Positions 16,330 through 29,773 of a stretch of DNA of 64,000 bases are shown here, piece by piece; the first letter of the stretch is position 1, and each line of letters starts with the position of its first letter. A model generated the notes under the pieces. It saw only the letters and a program-made list of their open reading frames with translations. It searched no databases and was not told the origin of the DNA. Source of the stretch: the human T2T-CHM13v2.0 reference genome, Homo sapiens; NCBI RefSeq assembly GCF_009914755.1, contig NC_060931.1; one strand, 5' to 3'. Position numbers and translations under genes: made by a program.

Positions 16330-17640
16330 CCTTTAGTTCTTCCTCACCCTCATTCCCCTGGCAAACACCTTCTGTCTCCCACTTTTCAATATAGTTTTAT
16401 TGTAATGGTAAAATCAATATTTAGTGTTTAAAATATTATGCCAATGCAAATGCTATTCATGGTGAAACCATGTATTAAACTGCAATTAATTTTTCTTTCC
16501 TGTACACATTTTTGTTTCCATTGATTTAACAATTACCTTGTTTTGTTTGCTTTTTGTTCTCAATTCCATCATCAAGCATCCTCAAATTTTATTTGCCTGA
16601 GAAAATTTCTCCTGGGGCTTCATATCCTGCTCCAGTCTGGACTTATGCTCAGGCCTGATGTACCTCCCTCCATCCTGGGTCTGCCTTTACAGTCCTCCTG
16701 GTGGCCTCCTCCGCCTGTCTCTCACCTTTCACCTCATGTTGCCTGGACTCATGTCTTCCTTTATCATGCCTACTCTCCCGCTTTGGAGGGACACATTTTC
16801 CAGTATCCTCCAGAAAAAGAGAACATAAAAAATTAACTTTATTTGGAGACTTTGCTTGCCTGAAAAGCCTTTATTTTGTCCTTGTACTTGAGTATCCAGA
16901 TAGAGAATTCCAAGGTAGAGATAATTTTCCTTCTGTATATTGAAGACATTGCTCTGTTGCCTTCTAGCTTCCAAAATTACTATGGAAAAGTCTAAAATAA
17001 AATTCCTAATATTATATTTTGAATTTAGTATTTTTCCTCTCCTTTTCCTCTCTAAAAGCTTGTAGGAACTTCTCTTTGTGCTCAGTCTTCTAAAAGTGTA
17101 TGAAATGAGACAGATACTTGGTGAGTCTTTCTAATATGAAGAGTCGCGTCCTTTAGCTTTGGGAACTTTGCATCTATTTTGTTGATTTTTTTCCCACCAT
17201 TTATGACATCTCTCTGTTTAGAACTCCTATTTCTTGGTTATTAGACATCCCAGATTGGCATTCTGTTTTGTTTTTAACCTATGGGTTTATTTGCTCTCTT
17301 TTCTGAGATATTTAATAAATTTTAGCTTTCAGCTCTTCTATTGACATTTAATCTCAGATATTGTCATTTTAATTCCAAGAACTTTCTTTTAAAAAATTTT
17401 GAGTATTTCTTTTAAACAGTAACCTGTTGTTTTGTATGTTATTATTATATTCTCATAACTCTGAGAATACTGATATCATTTTGGCAAAGCTTTCTTCTCC
17501 TTGCATTGTTTTCTTCCTCCAAATACCTGTTTTGTTTTGGTCTTATTTTCCATGCTAGGTGCCATTCTCAGATGTCCCAAGCTCCTTGTTGTCTGCTCCT
17601 GTGCAAAAGAGATGGAAAGGCTGATTGGAAACTCTGAACT
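16330..17640 (-). mobile_element. Ancient L1M (ORF1 region) remnant
   Basis: T-rich; ttgaagacattgctctgttgccttctagcttcc is typical of antisense L1M ORF1. Boundaries are approximate. Confidence 0.5.
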
Positions 17641-18163
17641 CATGAATGGGACTTGTTAATTATGGGCTTCACTGTAAAGTGATTGGCTGGACTAATTATT
17701 TGAGGAATATCTGATATTGTCTTTATGTCTTCCTTTTAGAATGTTTGAGTTCTTGGAAAAGACGATACTCATCTGCCTGTAGGGTAAAAGCCTGGGTTCC
17801 GGAGTTCTAAAAACCATGTGAGAGGAGAGCATTTGCTCACCTAATGTCCCTGTCTCAGTATAGTACCCTTGTCTCAACTGTGCTATAGATACATCCAGCT
17901 CAGTGATCCCATTTTATCCTTTCCAGACAATACTAGGGTGAGAGAGTGGTGGTTGCCCAGGTATACAAAGTGATTTGGGAATCTGAATCTTAAACTGACT
18001 TTTAACTAGTTTTTCTCTAGAGGAACCTGGTATGGCAAATCTTGGGTAAAAGTCGGTTCATTCTTGACTTTTCCTTCTGCTTGGATAGAATTCTGTTTTC
18101 TTAGGGCTGTTGTATCTTTGATCACTCTTCTATCTATTTTATTTGGATTTATGCCTTAATTTC

Positions 18164-18478
<315 letters not shown>

Positions 18479-18587
18479 TCAAAAATCTTTCACAGTTAAT
18501 TTAGAAGAGTTTTGGGGAGCAAAGGAAAGAAGGTGGGTTGATGCAATCTGTCCTTACCCCTCTTGTTGACTTTGGATCTATCTATGG

Positions 18588-18785
18588 CAGCGGTTTAAAA
18601 TTTGTTTCTTGCAATGGAGTTCTTTCTTTGAAATAGTATGTAGAAGCTCAGTATATAAAATACATATAAGCAGGACTGCTGTGTTTGAAAAGGAAATGAG
18701 GGTTTATGGTTCTACTTTCTCAGTTCTCCTCTTACCCTTTCCCTACCATGAGAACTCCCTGGAAAGCATAATTTGTAAACCACTG
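18588..18785. mobile_element. hAT-Charlie-type MITE
   Basis: Terminal inverted repeats cagcggttt and aaaccactg about 200 bp apart. Confidence 0.45.
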
Positions 18786-20441
18786 ATTTAGAAATTATCG
18801 AACATAACTTATCCCTCCAGTAGATGTTAGACATTGAGTGAAGTTCATGGCATTATGGGAAGAACGTTTGATTTATTCCTTTAGAGATTAATTTTATTGC
18901 TTCTAAATGCTCGAATGGAGCAAGGCAAAGAGAAAGATTCATTCTAAAGATCTTTTAGTTGAAATAGAATTGGACTCAACTTCCTTGCAGGCTAACTTTA
19001 TAATTACAAAAATAACTATCAAATGCTATTTTTTATTTGAGAGGAAAGTCTGTAGATTTACCTGAATATTAAACGATATTCAACTGTACATTCACATTTT
19101 GATAATGGAAGATGTTAGAAATTCCCAAATTTACTTTCAGAAAGCTAAAATTCTCTATTATGCCGGATTGCTATTACAGCCAATGTTTATTCTAAATTAC
19201 TTACTTAAATATAAGAGTCAGAGGAAGTCTTCAGGGTGAGAAAAAATATTTAGGGCTTATCTTGCAGGGAAATCATTATTAAATTTGTGCATAGTTTAGC
19301 TTAACATTTATGTGCAGTCTAGCCATTAAAAACATTGTTATTTCCTTTTTCCTCCACCTTTCCCTGGAGTGGGCCATCAGTTACCCGATAAAGCCATGGA
19401 AATACGTGGAAGTATTTATGCAATGCACGTCACTCAAAGGTTCAGTTGGGAATGGGCACCAAGATTGAGAAACCTGTCAAATGAAATGTATTTTTGTATG
19501 TCTCTAAGATGAACCAAGAATTCATTATCTAAGAATTCAAGAATGTATTCTTGAATGTGATAAGAAAAAGAAAATAAAAACAAAAAACAAACGAATCAAC
19601 AGAAACCAAAAAGCACTTTACTGGTGTAGAGGACTAACGTGAGGGAAGTGCCAGTAGCTCTTTGCAGAATCTTCCATTTTAATCCAGTCTTCTGCTGTTA
19701 CCTGTTTACCATTACTACCATTTCACAGAAGACTCAGACTTCATCCTAAAAAACTATCTCCAGTCATGCTGCAGAAAATAATTCGTTAGCTTCAGCTGCA
19801 GGAATGAGACACCTTTAAAAAAGAGAAATGTGACCCAAACTTTTGTGAGAAACACCTTGTATTTTGATTGCTATTTCACATTCGAAGGACTCTTGAAAAA
19901 CAGAAAAAACCTAAAACATCATCTTGCTTATGGTATCTTTTGGTGGCAGACTATGAATGGGACATGGGACCCCCATAAGATATATCTAGTGAAGCACTGA
20001 GAGATGGATAAACAGGTGCCTGCGGGAAAGGTACTCTTTCAGCCTTCTTATAGAAGAGTATTGAAACAGGAGAAAATGTTTACTTTCTAGAGCTATCAAC
20101 TGTAGAAAGGAAAAGTCCTGGGGAAGACTTGTTCTGGCAAAGTGCACGCTTTGGCACCTCTGCAGAGAACATGAAGTTTGCCCGCAAACATTAGATGTCT
20201 ACTTGGTTACACGTGACCGCAACAGGGCGTGTGTACCATGGCCTCAGCTCGCTTCTTGATGACATCATGAATCTGGGCTCCGGCCAAAGGATTTTGAGAC
20301 GAGCCAAAATGCTGTGGAGCATGCAGAAGCCACTCATTGCTGTTGTCTTCAAGAAGCCAGAGGAAGACATGCAAAGAATTAAAGAAAGACGCTGAAGCTG
20401 TGTTACAAAACAGTTGATCAGGTTGAATTATCCGCTCTCTA

Positions 20442-20739
<298 letters not shown>

Positions 20740-21120
20740 TTATTTCTCTTTAATCTTTCACACACAGGCCTCTCTCACCTGTAGAATCTTGAGTGAGACC
20801 ATGGGAAGTAGGCAAGGCTATTTTCTGTGACTCATCTTGGTGGAGAGCCCTGACTCCAAGATCTGAGACATTTGCCAGGGGATTCCCTTCCCTGTTTTTC
20901 TATCCACACCTCTGCTTTCTTCTACCCTCCTTCTCTCTCTTCCCTCTTAACCCTTTTGTTTTTACTTTTTCCACATTCATAGGCATTCTTTCCTCAGTTG
21001 AACCTGTCCTCATGGCTCCCTGAGCCTGGGTTGGCTGATCTGAACCAGTGTCATTTTGTGTGGTTGGCGGTAAAGGCCAAATGTAAGATGTGTGAAATCA
21101 CTTTAAAAATGACAAGGTGG

Positions 21121-21417
<297 letters not shown>

Positions 21418-22127
21418 GACAAGGTGTTTCAGCAGGGTGGTTTTTACTATTATATATTCAGTATTGTTATAGGACAGGGCTCACTCCACATAAAGCAAAA
21501 CTTCCCTGTGGCCCAGCTTTGCCCTGAGCTCCTCTTGTCATTCCACCAACTCTTGCTTCCCCCAGCTCCTATGGTGATGTCCCCTCTGGGTCAGTTTCCC
21601 TTCTCTGTCTTTCTCGTCTTCTCATTATGATTTATCTACTCTCTCTCATTTCCTCAGAGGCTTCTTAGGAACTGATTACTTTTGGTTGATCAAGCACTCT
21701 GGAGCCAAGGGGATAACAGTTAACAGATGATGGTAACATATCAGAGAAATCCACATTTTAACTGGAGATTCCATGAACTCCAATATGGAGCTTGACAGTG
21801 AAATTTTAGGCAGCATGAGAGGCCAGTGGTTAGGGGGCCTTTTCTTGGTAATGTGAAGCCTTGTGCATGCGAATGATTTTTCTGTTCCACCCATTCGGGA
21901 AGTGAGCTAAGGCAGTGTATAGAGGCTACTGAATAAAATATTAAGGCAGGACGTGAAGGGAAGGTTTTTGGTTTGGGGAGGGCAATAAGAGTAACAATGT
22001 CTTTTAAAGAAGAGTTAGGAAAGAAATAGTACAGTTAAGACATCATGTACAAAATGTGGGTATTTTCAGTCACCCCAGCAGCCTCTATTCTGTTAATGTT
22101 TCTCTGCATCTGGCTCTGAGAAAGGAC

Positions 22128-22185
22128 AGGCAAATACAGGTTATGCAAATAGAGATGGTGTCATTGAGCTGGGAGTGATTTGCAT
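22128..22185 (+). promoter_or_regulatory. Octamer cluster upstream of TAS2R62P
   Basis: AGGCAAAT at 22128, ATGCAAAT at 22143 and ATTTGCAT at 22178. Confidence 0.6.
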
Positions 22186-22399
22186 GCCAAAGGAGATTGC
22201 AGAAATTATCTTTTCAAATTCTGGGGACTGGGGGTGTTTGCTGGTGGCTGGGATTTTCTATGAATCCAGGGACAAGGGCTTCTGAGTCTCTGGTGTCAAC
22301 AAGGTGGCTTGACTCAGCCAGAGAGGCTGTTTTTCCCTGAAGATGTGTCCCAGCCCTCTGCAGTAGGAGCTGAGACTTAGCAGAACCTCCCTGGAGAAG

Positions 22400-23338
22400 A
22401 TGCCCTCCTTGCCCACGTTGATCTTCATAGCCATCTTTTGCCTGGAGTCATTGGCTGCAATGCTGCAGAATGGATTCTTGGTCACAATGCTGGGCAGGGA
22501 GTGGGTAAGGTGCCGGATGCTGTCCACAAGTGACATGATTGTGGCCTGTCTCGCTGCCTCCCGTTTCTGCCTGCATGGGGTAGCCATGGTGAACAACCTC
22601 CTGGCCTCCTTAGATTTTTCGCGTGCAGTTCCCTATATGAACATCTTCTGGGACCTTTTCAATGCCCTCACTTTGTGGTTTACTGCCTTGCTTGCTGCTT
22701 TCTACTGTGTGAAGATCTCATCTTTCTCCCACCCCACCTTCGCCTGGCTGAAGTGGAGGAACTCTCGGTTAGTGCCCAAGCTGATCAAGGGCTCCCTGAT
22801 CATCTGTGGCCTGGAAGTCATCTCATCAGCCACTGGGAACATCCTGTTTGGTCAGAGGAAGGTCTCCCTGAGTTCCTACAGAAACGAAACTCTAGTTTAT
22901 AGAGTGCAGGCTTCATTTCAGCTCTACTTTTTCCTTTATGAAGGGTTTGTGTGGTCGATTCTGTTCCTCCTGTTCCTAGTGTCCACTGTCTTGCTCATAG
23001 TCTCACTGTGCTGGCAGTTGGGGTAGATGAGGGACCTCAGGCCCGGCCCCTGTGATCCCAGCACCCAGGCTTACACTATGGCTTTAAAGTCACTCACCTT
23101 TTCCCTCATCTTCTGTACATTGTACTTCCTGTCCTTGTTTGCTTCTGCTTTGAAAATCATAAACTTTCAGAATCACTGGCACTGGGCCTGGTAAGTGCTA
23201 ATCTATGCCAACATCTGTCTGCACTCTACCGTCCTGGTGCTGAGGAGCCCCAAACTGAAAAAGGGCCTGAAGACATGGCCTCAGCTCCAGTGCCCACGTG
23301 CTGCTGGCTCACAGGGCTTTGGAAGGTGCTGGCCATAG
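22400..23338 (+). pseudogene. TAS2R62P: Bitter taste receptor pseudogene; 312-codon frame broken by TAG (codon 209, 23024-23026) and TAA (codon 265, 23192-23194)
   Basis: TAS2R motifs QNGF, LAASRFCL, FYCVKI and HPTFAWLKWR. Reading through the stops gives DPSTQAYTMALKSL...HSTVLVLRSPKLKK and a native TAG at 23336-23338 in the same frame. Confidence 0.95.
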
Positions 23339-23668
23339 GGTGGTTCTGCTCCTGAGTTATCTGTGTCAGTAACCAGTCCTGGGATGAATGATCCTGGTAG
23401 GAATGTATAAGGTTTGGGTACTGTCTTTCTCTTTCCGGTTTCTTCTTTCTCTCCCCCTCTGTCCATGCCTCAGAATCCCTTTTCCATCTTGCTGTCTGTG
23501 TTCTTACCATCCCCTCCACTGCTGTGAGTCTCTAGTCCTAGCCGTCAATCACCTTGACTTTTGCTGGTGGCCTCATTTCCTCATGGGGCCCCAAGAATCT
23601 ATAGGTAAGCAACCCTAATATTTGCCAAGCATCATTTTGGTCTGTATGCCCTTTATAGAGAACTGTAG

Positions 23669-23998
<330 letters not shown>

Positions 23999-24696
23999 CT
24001 TGAAGCTTATTTTTTTATAGTGACATAGGTTGTCCAGCACCATCCACTTGACATCGCCTGCCCTTCTGCTCCACACCTGTTCTCTTGGCCTCGTCTCTCC
24101 ACTTCAGCCCAATAAATCTTCTTCCCCTCTTCCCCCAAGTCCTTTTCTTCTTCATGTGCTTCTTGGGCCCACCCAATACTTCCTTCTTTCCTTTCTCTGC
24201 CAATCTCCGTCATTTTCTTCCTTTGTGCTCTGCTTAAGACTGATTCCACTCAGGGAGTTTTTCCAGCCTGATCTCACAGAAGGCTAAAGACACATAGGAG
24301 TTTGGTGCCACTGTATGTCACATCCATAACTTCATGTGCTCATGTCGAATGAATAGGAATTGTCTGATGTGAAAATGCTTTTAGGTTTTGGCCAACAGAA
24401 GATAGATGGAAAACAAAGGAAATGTCCTACACTTCTTAATTTTGATGATCCTACTCTTCCTGTCTGCTCACCCAGGAGGTGGATCCCAGATGCTGCTGCT
24501 GAGGATGGGAATCTCCAGATTGGGATGTCTGCATCCCAGAGCTTGTGCAAGATGATCCACTAGGCCTGTAGCAATTTCAGTTTCCATTTATTTTTATCTT
24601 TTTCTTTTAATCCCCTTTTTTTGGGTATTTTATGATGCATATGACGTATTAGTAAAATGTACATGCATATAATTAAAAATAAATATGCATATGGTA

Positions 24697-25049
24697 GTAT
24701 CTTAGTCAGCCTAGGCTGCTGTGACAGAATACCATAAACTGGGTGTTTATGCAGCAGATATTTATTTCTCACAGTTCTGGAGCCTGAAACTGAGGGTGCC
24801 AGCATGGTTGGGTTCTGGTGAGGGCCCTCTTCTGAGTTGCAGACAGATACCTTCTTCTTGTGTCCTCACGTGGCAGAGAGATTTATCTTTCTTGTGTTTC
24901 TTCTTATAAGGACACTAATCCCATTCATGAGGGCTTCACCCTTATGAACTAATTACCTCCTGAAAGCGTTATCTCTAAATGTTATCACATTGAGGGTTAA
25001 GGTTTCAGTGTATGAATTTTGGGAGGACACAAATATTCAATTCATAGCT
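24697..25049 (-). mobile_element. MLT1A-type MaLR LTR
   Basis: tcttagtc...atttatttctcacagttctgg...ggttctggtgagggccctct...ggaggacacaaatattca. Confidence 0.8.
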
Positions 25050-27599
25050 GGTGGGTTGCATGTTCATATATATATATTTTACTGATGGAATTCATGATAA
25101 AGTATGGAGACCGATAGACTAAAAGAGATTGGGAAAAACACTGCACACAGTTAAGAGAGATTCATATGTTTGAACTAGTCAAAATAGAAGCAGTAAATAA
25201 CAGGACAGAACAGAGGTTACAAAGAATTTTCAAATAGATAAATGCGTGTAAGGTCAAATGTCCAATAATACCAGGAAGCTGAGGCCCCAAAACATTATGC
25301 TACAATGCTAGCTGGAGGCCAGGATATGGCAAGAGAAGAGAGAGGGATGACTAGAGGCAAGATAACAAGATCAGGAATTTTCTCTTGCAAGAGGATGATT
25401 AAAGGTTTAAAAGAGGAGATTCTCAAGTTGCTGTTGAGGAACCCAGGGGGATTTCCCCAGGGGGTAGAGCAAGGGTGAGGCAGGATGGAGGAACCTGTGG
25501 GGAGCTGGCACTGTGGCCAGGCTTTAAATTAAATAGACACCTAAAGTCTGTGAATTATCCCACCTAGAGAACATGTATTATCCTCATCATCAATCACGAA
25601 GAATTTTTCTTTTTCTTTGTAGCAACATGAGTGAGCTAATGACTTCCTACAGGTAGATTAATAATAAATTATGAGACTGAGCCTTGCGGCTCAAGCCACA
25701 AGTTGGTTGGAGGCAGGAAAGACAGGAGCATGGCGGGAGCGGGGAGATCTTTCTCCTCTATCCCTTCTACTCAACTGTGAGCACCTGGAAGACTCTTCCC
25801 TTGGGCGGAGCTCCAGAAGTTTACTGAAGGTGTTTGGGTGGGGAGTGGGTGGTGATTCAACTCTCATGTTCTGCTCCATCTTCACAGCCCTTCGAGTGAT
25901 ACCAGGTTAAGTGGACTTGTCTCAGGAGTTCCTAATTGATGTTCTCAATCTCCTTTTTAAAACTCTAGCTCATAAAAGCCCCAAAACACTTGGTGGCTCT
26001 GTCTTGACTAAAGATACAATCTAATATCTCATCAAGGCTTCCAAAATTTTCTGTGATCTCTCTCCAGCCTACCTTTTTGGCTTGATATGCCATCTTCTCT
26101 ATGTAAGTCCTCTGTTGTAGCTAAATGTATCTAATTGTTCTGGATATAATCATGTATCCCCCTCCTTTACTGATGCCTCATCTTTTTCCTTCCAACATGC
26201 AAGACAGCATCTTTATTGTCTCACAATTATGGGGCTGTTACTTCTCAACTCTTCTGAGAGATCTTGGGATGGGAATAGCAAGATCCCTAACACATAGAGC
26301 CACAGACTGGGAGTCACTTGTTGAGAGTACTGAGTTGAAGGTTTTCCATATAGAGAGCTAACTCAGGATCCCTATCCTACTACCCTCATGATTACATTTA
26401 TAAAGACTGGTTATGAAAAGTTAAAAACTCTCAGACTTGACTTTTACCTAAGAAGATAAATCTAGACATGAGAAAGCCAAATGCAACAAACAAACAAACA
26501 AACAACAAACAACAAAAGAATCACCACGAAACACATTGCATATTTAAATTCAAATGATTATTCCCTCTTTTGGATTAACTTACTCTGCACATAGTATATG
26601 TCCAGTAAATGTTTGTGGTTTATGTTTAGCCCATAAAAGTGCTTTGAAGGCAGATATCTAATTCACTGTTGTAGCCCAATGTCTTTCAAAGGGTTATCAT
26701 GGCATATAGGATATGCTTAATAAATTATTATTAAATGAATTGAAGGTTAAATGCACATCTTTATCATTGAAGGTGTGGGAGGTGGATGAAAAAGATTCAA
26801 GTTTTCCATATTGGGCGGTTTGTAGGTGGCCATACTCCAGAGCTATAAGCCCGAAGTTTGCCCCATTTCTCCAAGTTCCAGTAGAAAACAGCCAAATGTC
26901 AGCCAGAAGAACAAGGGCAAGGAAGAGAGCAGTTGGGAACTCTATCTCCTGGAAATTTGCATCTTCACAGAAAGGCAGAGTGAATTACCTTAGTTCATCT
27001 TATTTCCTTTACTCCGAAGACCTATGTCCACTATGGTTGGCGTATGTGTTAAAGAAACAATTCCACCTGGAAGTGGACTACTGGGAAGTAGACTGGGAAC
27101 TGGGAAGAGATGCTGACATGCGTTCTATTCCCTTTTTGTGGGGGTCCTATATATGGAACTGGTAGGTTGTGGTGTCAGCAGATGTGTATTCATTACAAAT
27201 CCCCTTACTGTCATGTTACTTGATCCTGAGCCTTCAATATTGCTGTATTTGACCCAGAACAATTCCTGCTTTCCTATCTCCCTGTGACACGTTAACCTAC
27301 TTACACTCACCTGGGTGTTGATTGCTGATTTTTTTGACTCTTTGAAGCTGATTTCTATAAAGAATGTGGTCTTTTTTTTACTCTGTCCTTCTCTGGTTGA
27401 TATCAGTGGTCTGACATTTGGTGCCCTGAACTTCTGTTGCATCCCTGATGCTCTCCTGAATTCTCCTTATGCTACTTATTATGCCACAGGATGGATGGAA
27501 TAGAAGATAGCCATTCTAATAAAGTAATTGTCATCATCATCATTGCTCCTTGTCCATATGCAGAGGTTTATAATTTCCAATATATTTACCATATTTATG

Positions 27600-28420
27600 G
27601 TCATATTTATTTGTGACCCATATTTTTTATAGGTGAAGAAAGGGGGGTGTTCAGAGAGGTTAACTGCTTGAGGATCCGTAGTGATTGTGACAAGACTCAA
27701 AACTTGGGCTTCTGAGTTCAGCTAGGGATGAAGAAGATGGAGGTGTAACATGTATTGCTAACCATGGCAGAGATTCCTGGTCCTGGAATCAGTTTGGATC
27801 TTGGTCTTTCCTCTGTGTAACTGTGACTTTAGGTGGGAGTTGTAATATATAATTTGGGGTCTTATTTCTTTTATCTGTAAGATTATCTTTCATGTCTTCT
27901 TTCATTCTAAGCCGAGATTCTAAGACATCTTTGTGAATTAGAACATAGGATACTTTTCATATTTTACAGATGGACAAAATGAGGCGCAGAGGGGCTGACA
28001 TATCCAGCAACTCACAGTAAGGGGTAAAGTTTGGACTAAAGGCTGTCTCGACTCCTAGCACAGGGCTCATTCTGCCATATCGCATTGGCTTATCGCTACT
28101 GGGGGTTCCTCTGTGAAGTGCTATTTTAGAGGCCACCAGTTATCAAATATATATTTTTAAATTTTGAAAAAAGTTGCCTGCCTCATTATGTATAATTGTC
28201 TCCAGTGTTCTTTTTTTATGATGATGGTCACTGTGAGTAATAAGACTTGAATTAATCCTTCTCTGTAAAGGTTTGCTCAGTTTTCTCTCTGTCTCAGTTA
28301 AAGGGGTCTTGCCATACTACTCCCCGCATAGAGTTGTTGTGAGAACTAAGGAGAGCACTCAGAACAATGCCTGCAACATAACAATCACCCCCCCCCGTGG
28401 ATGTGAGCGCTGTCTCAGTA
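27600..28420. mobile_element. Cluster of MIR fragments in both orientations
   Basis: attttacagatggacaaaatgaggcgcagag; ctcagttttctctctgtc...gttgttgtgagaactaag. Confidence 0.55.
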
Positions 28421-28583
28421 GCGGGTGTGCCCCACGGATGATACTACTGAGCTGGCAGGTGCATGGTCCTGTCATAGGTGTCCGCTTAGAGAAGTATAAC
28501 CTCCTGTGTAAGGACACTAAATGCCAGGGCCTGATATATTATCCACTTTGATGTTGACATGGGCAGAGAATAGGCAGAAGAGC

Positions 28584-28652
28584 AGGCAAATTTTTGGGCA
28601 GGTATGGGGACTTTGAAAATTGAGCCTTGACAATATTTGCATCTACTCTGAG
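28584..28652 (+). promoter_or_regulatory. Octamer module upstream of TAS2R60
   Basis: AGGCAAAT at 28584, ATTTGCAT at 28635 and TCTGAG at 28647. Confidence 0.6.
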
Positions 28653-28816
28653 AAGAAAAAACCTCTCACCCTCCTCTGATAGCCTGCGTCCTCTACTCTG
28701 GCCTAGCTTCTGCGCTTGGGGCAGCTGGAGGGACAAACATATCCTACAGGACCTTCCAGAGCAACCCAACAGAGATAGCCCTTGAAGTTTTGGGACCCAT
28801 CTTGTCCACCAGAGAG

Positions 28817-29773
28817 ATGAATGGAGACCACATGGTTCTAGGATCTTCGGTGACTGACAAGAAGGCCATCATCTTGGTTACCATTTTACTCCTTTTACGC
28901 CTGGTAGCAATAGCAGGCAATGGCTTCATCACTGCTGCTCTGGGCGTGGAGTGGGTGCTACGGAGAATGTTGTTGCCTTGTGATAAGTTATTGGTTAGCC
29001 TAGGGGCCTCTCGCTTCTGTCTGCAGTCAGTGGTAATGGGTAAGACCATTTATGTTTTCTTGCATCCGATGGCCTTCCCATACAACCCTGTACTGCAGTT
29101 TCTAGCTTTCCAGTGGGACTTCCTGAATGCTGCCACCTTATGGTCCTCTACCTGGCTCAGTGTCTTCTATTGTGTGAAAATTGCTACCTTCACCCACCCT
29201 GTCTTCTTCTGGCTAAAGCACAAGTTGTCTGGGTGGCTACCATGGATGCTCTTCAGCTCTGTAGGGCTCTCCAGCTTCACCACCATTCTATTTTTCATAG
29301 GCAACCACAGAATGTATCAGAACTATTTAAGGAACCATCTACAACCTTGGAATGTCACTGGCGATAGCATACGGAGCTACTGTGAGAAATTCTATCTCTT
29401 CCCTCTAAAAATGATTACTTGGACAATGCCCACTGCTGTCTTTTTCATTTGCATGATTTTGCTCATCACATCTCTGGGAAGACACAGGAAGAAGGCTCTC
29501 CTTACAACCTCAGGATTCCGAGAGCCCAGTGTGCAGGCACACATAAAGGCTCTGCTGGCTCTCCTCTCTTTTGCCATGCTCTTCATCTCATATTTCCTGT
29601 CACTGGTGTTCAGTGCTGCAGGTATTTTTCCACCTCTGGACTTTAAATTCTGGGTGTGGGAGTCAGTGATTTATCTGTGTGCAGCAGTTCACCCCATCAT
29701 TCTGCTCTTCAGCAACTGCAGGCTGAGAGCTGTGCTGAAGAGTCGCCGTTCCTCAAGGTGTGGGACACCTTGA
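28817..29773 (+). CDS. TAS2R60: Taste receptor type 2 member 60, 318 aa, intronless 7TM GPCR
   Basis: MNGDHMVLGSS...RRSSRCGTP; motifs [19 protein letters not shown], an ECL2 NVT sequon, QAHIKAL and HPIILLFSN. Confidence 0.98.
   Translation: MNGDHMVLGSSVTDKKAIILVTILLLLRLVAIAGNGFITAALGVEWVLRRMLLPCDKLLVSLGASRFCLQSVVMGKTIYVFLHPMAFPYNPVLQFLAFQWDFLNAATLWSSTWLSVFYCVKIATFTHPVFFWLKHKLSGWLPWMLFSSVGLSSFTTILFFIGNHRMYQNYLRNHLQPWNVTGDSIRSYCEKFYLFPLKMITWTMPTAVFFICMILLITSLGRHRKKALLTTSGFREPSVQAHIKALLALLSFAMLFISYFLSLVFSAAGIFPPLDFKFWVWESVIYLCAAVHPIILLFSNCRLRAVLKSRRSSRCGTP

Noticed and set aside
26713-27165. 150-aa ORF upstream of TAS2R60
   Set aside because: It begins in an L2-like tail and has no domain or TAS2R similarity; probably a chance ORF.
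28790-28816. 327-aa version of TAS2R60 in the ORF track
   Set aside because: It starts at a TTG codon; the ATG at 28817 gives the known 318-aa protein.
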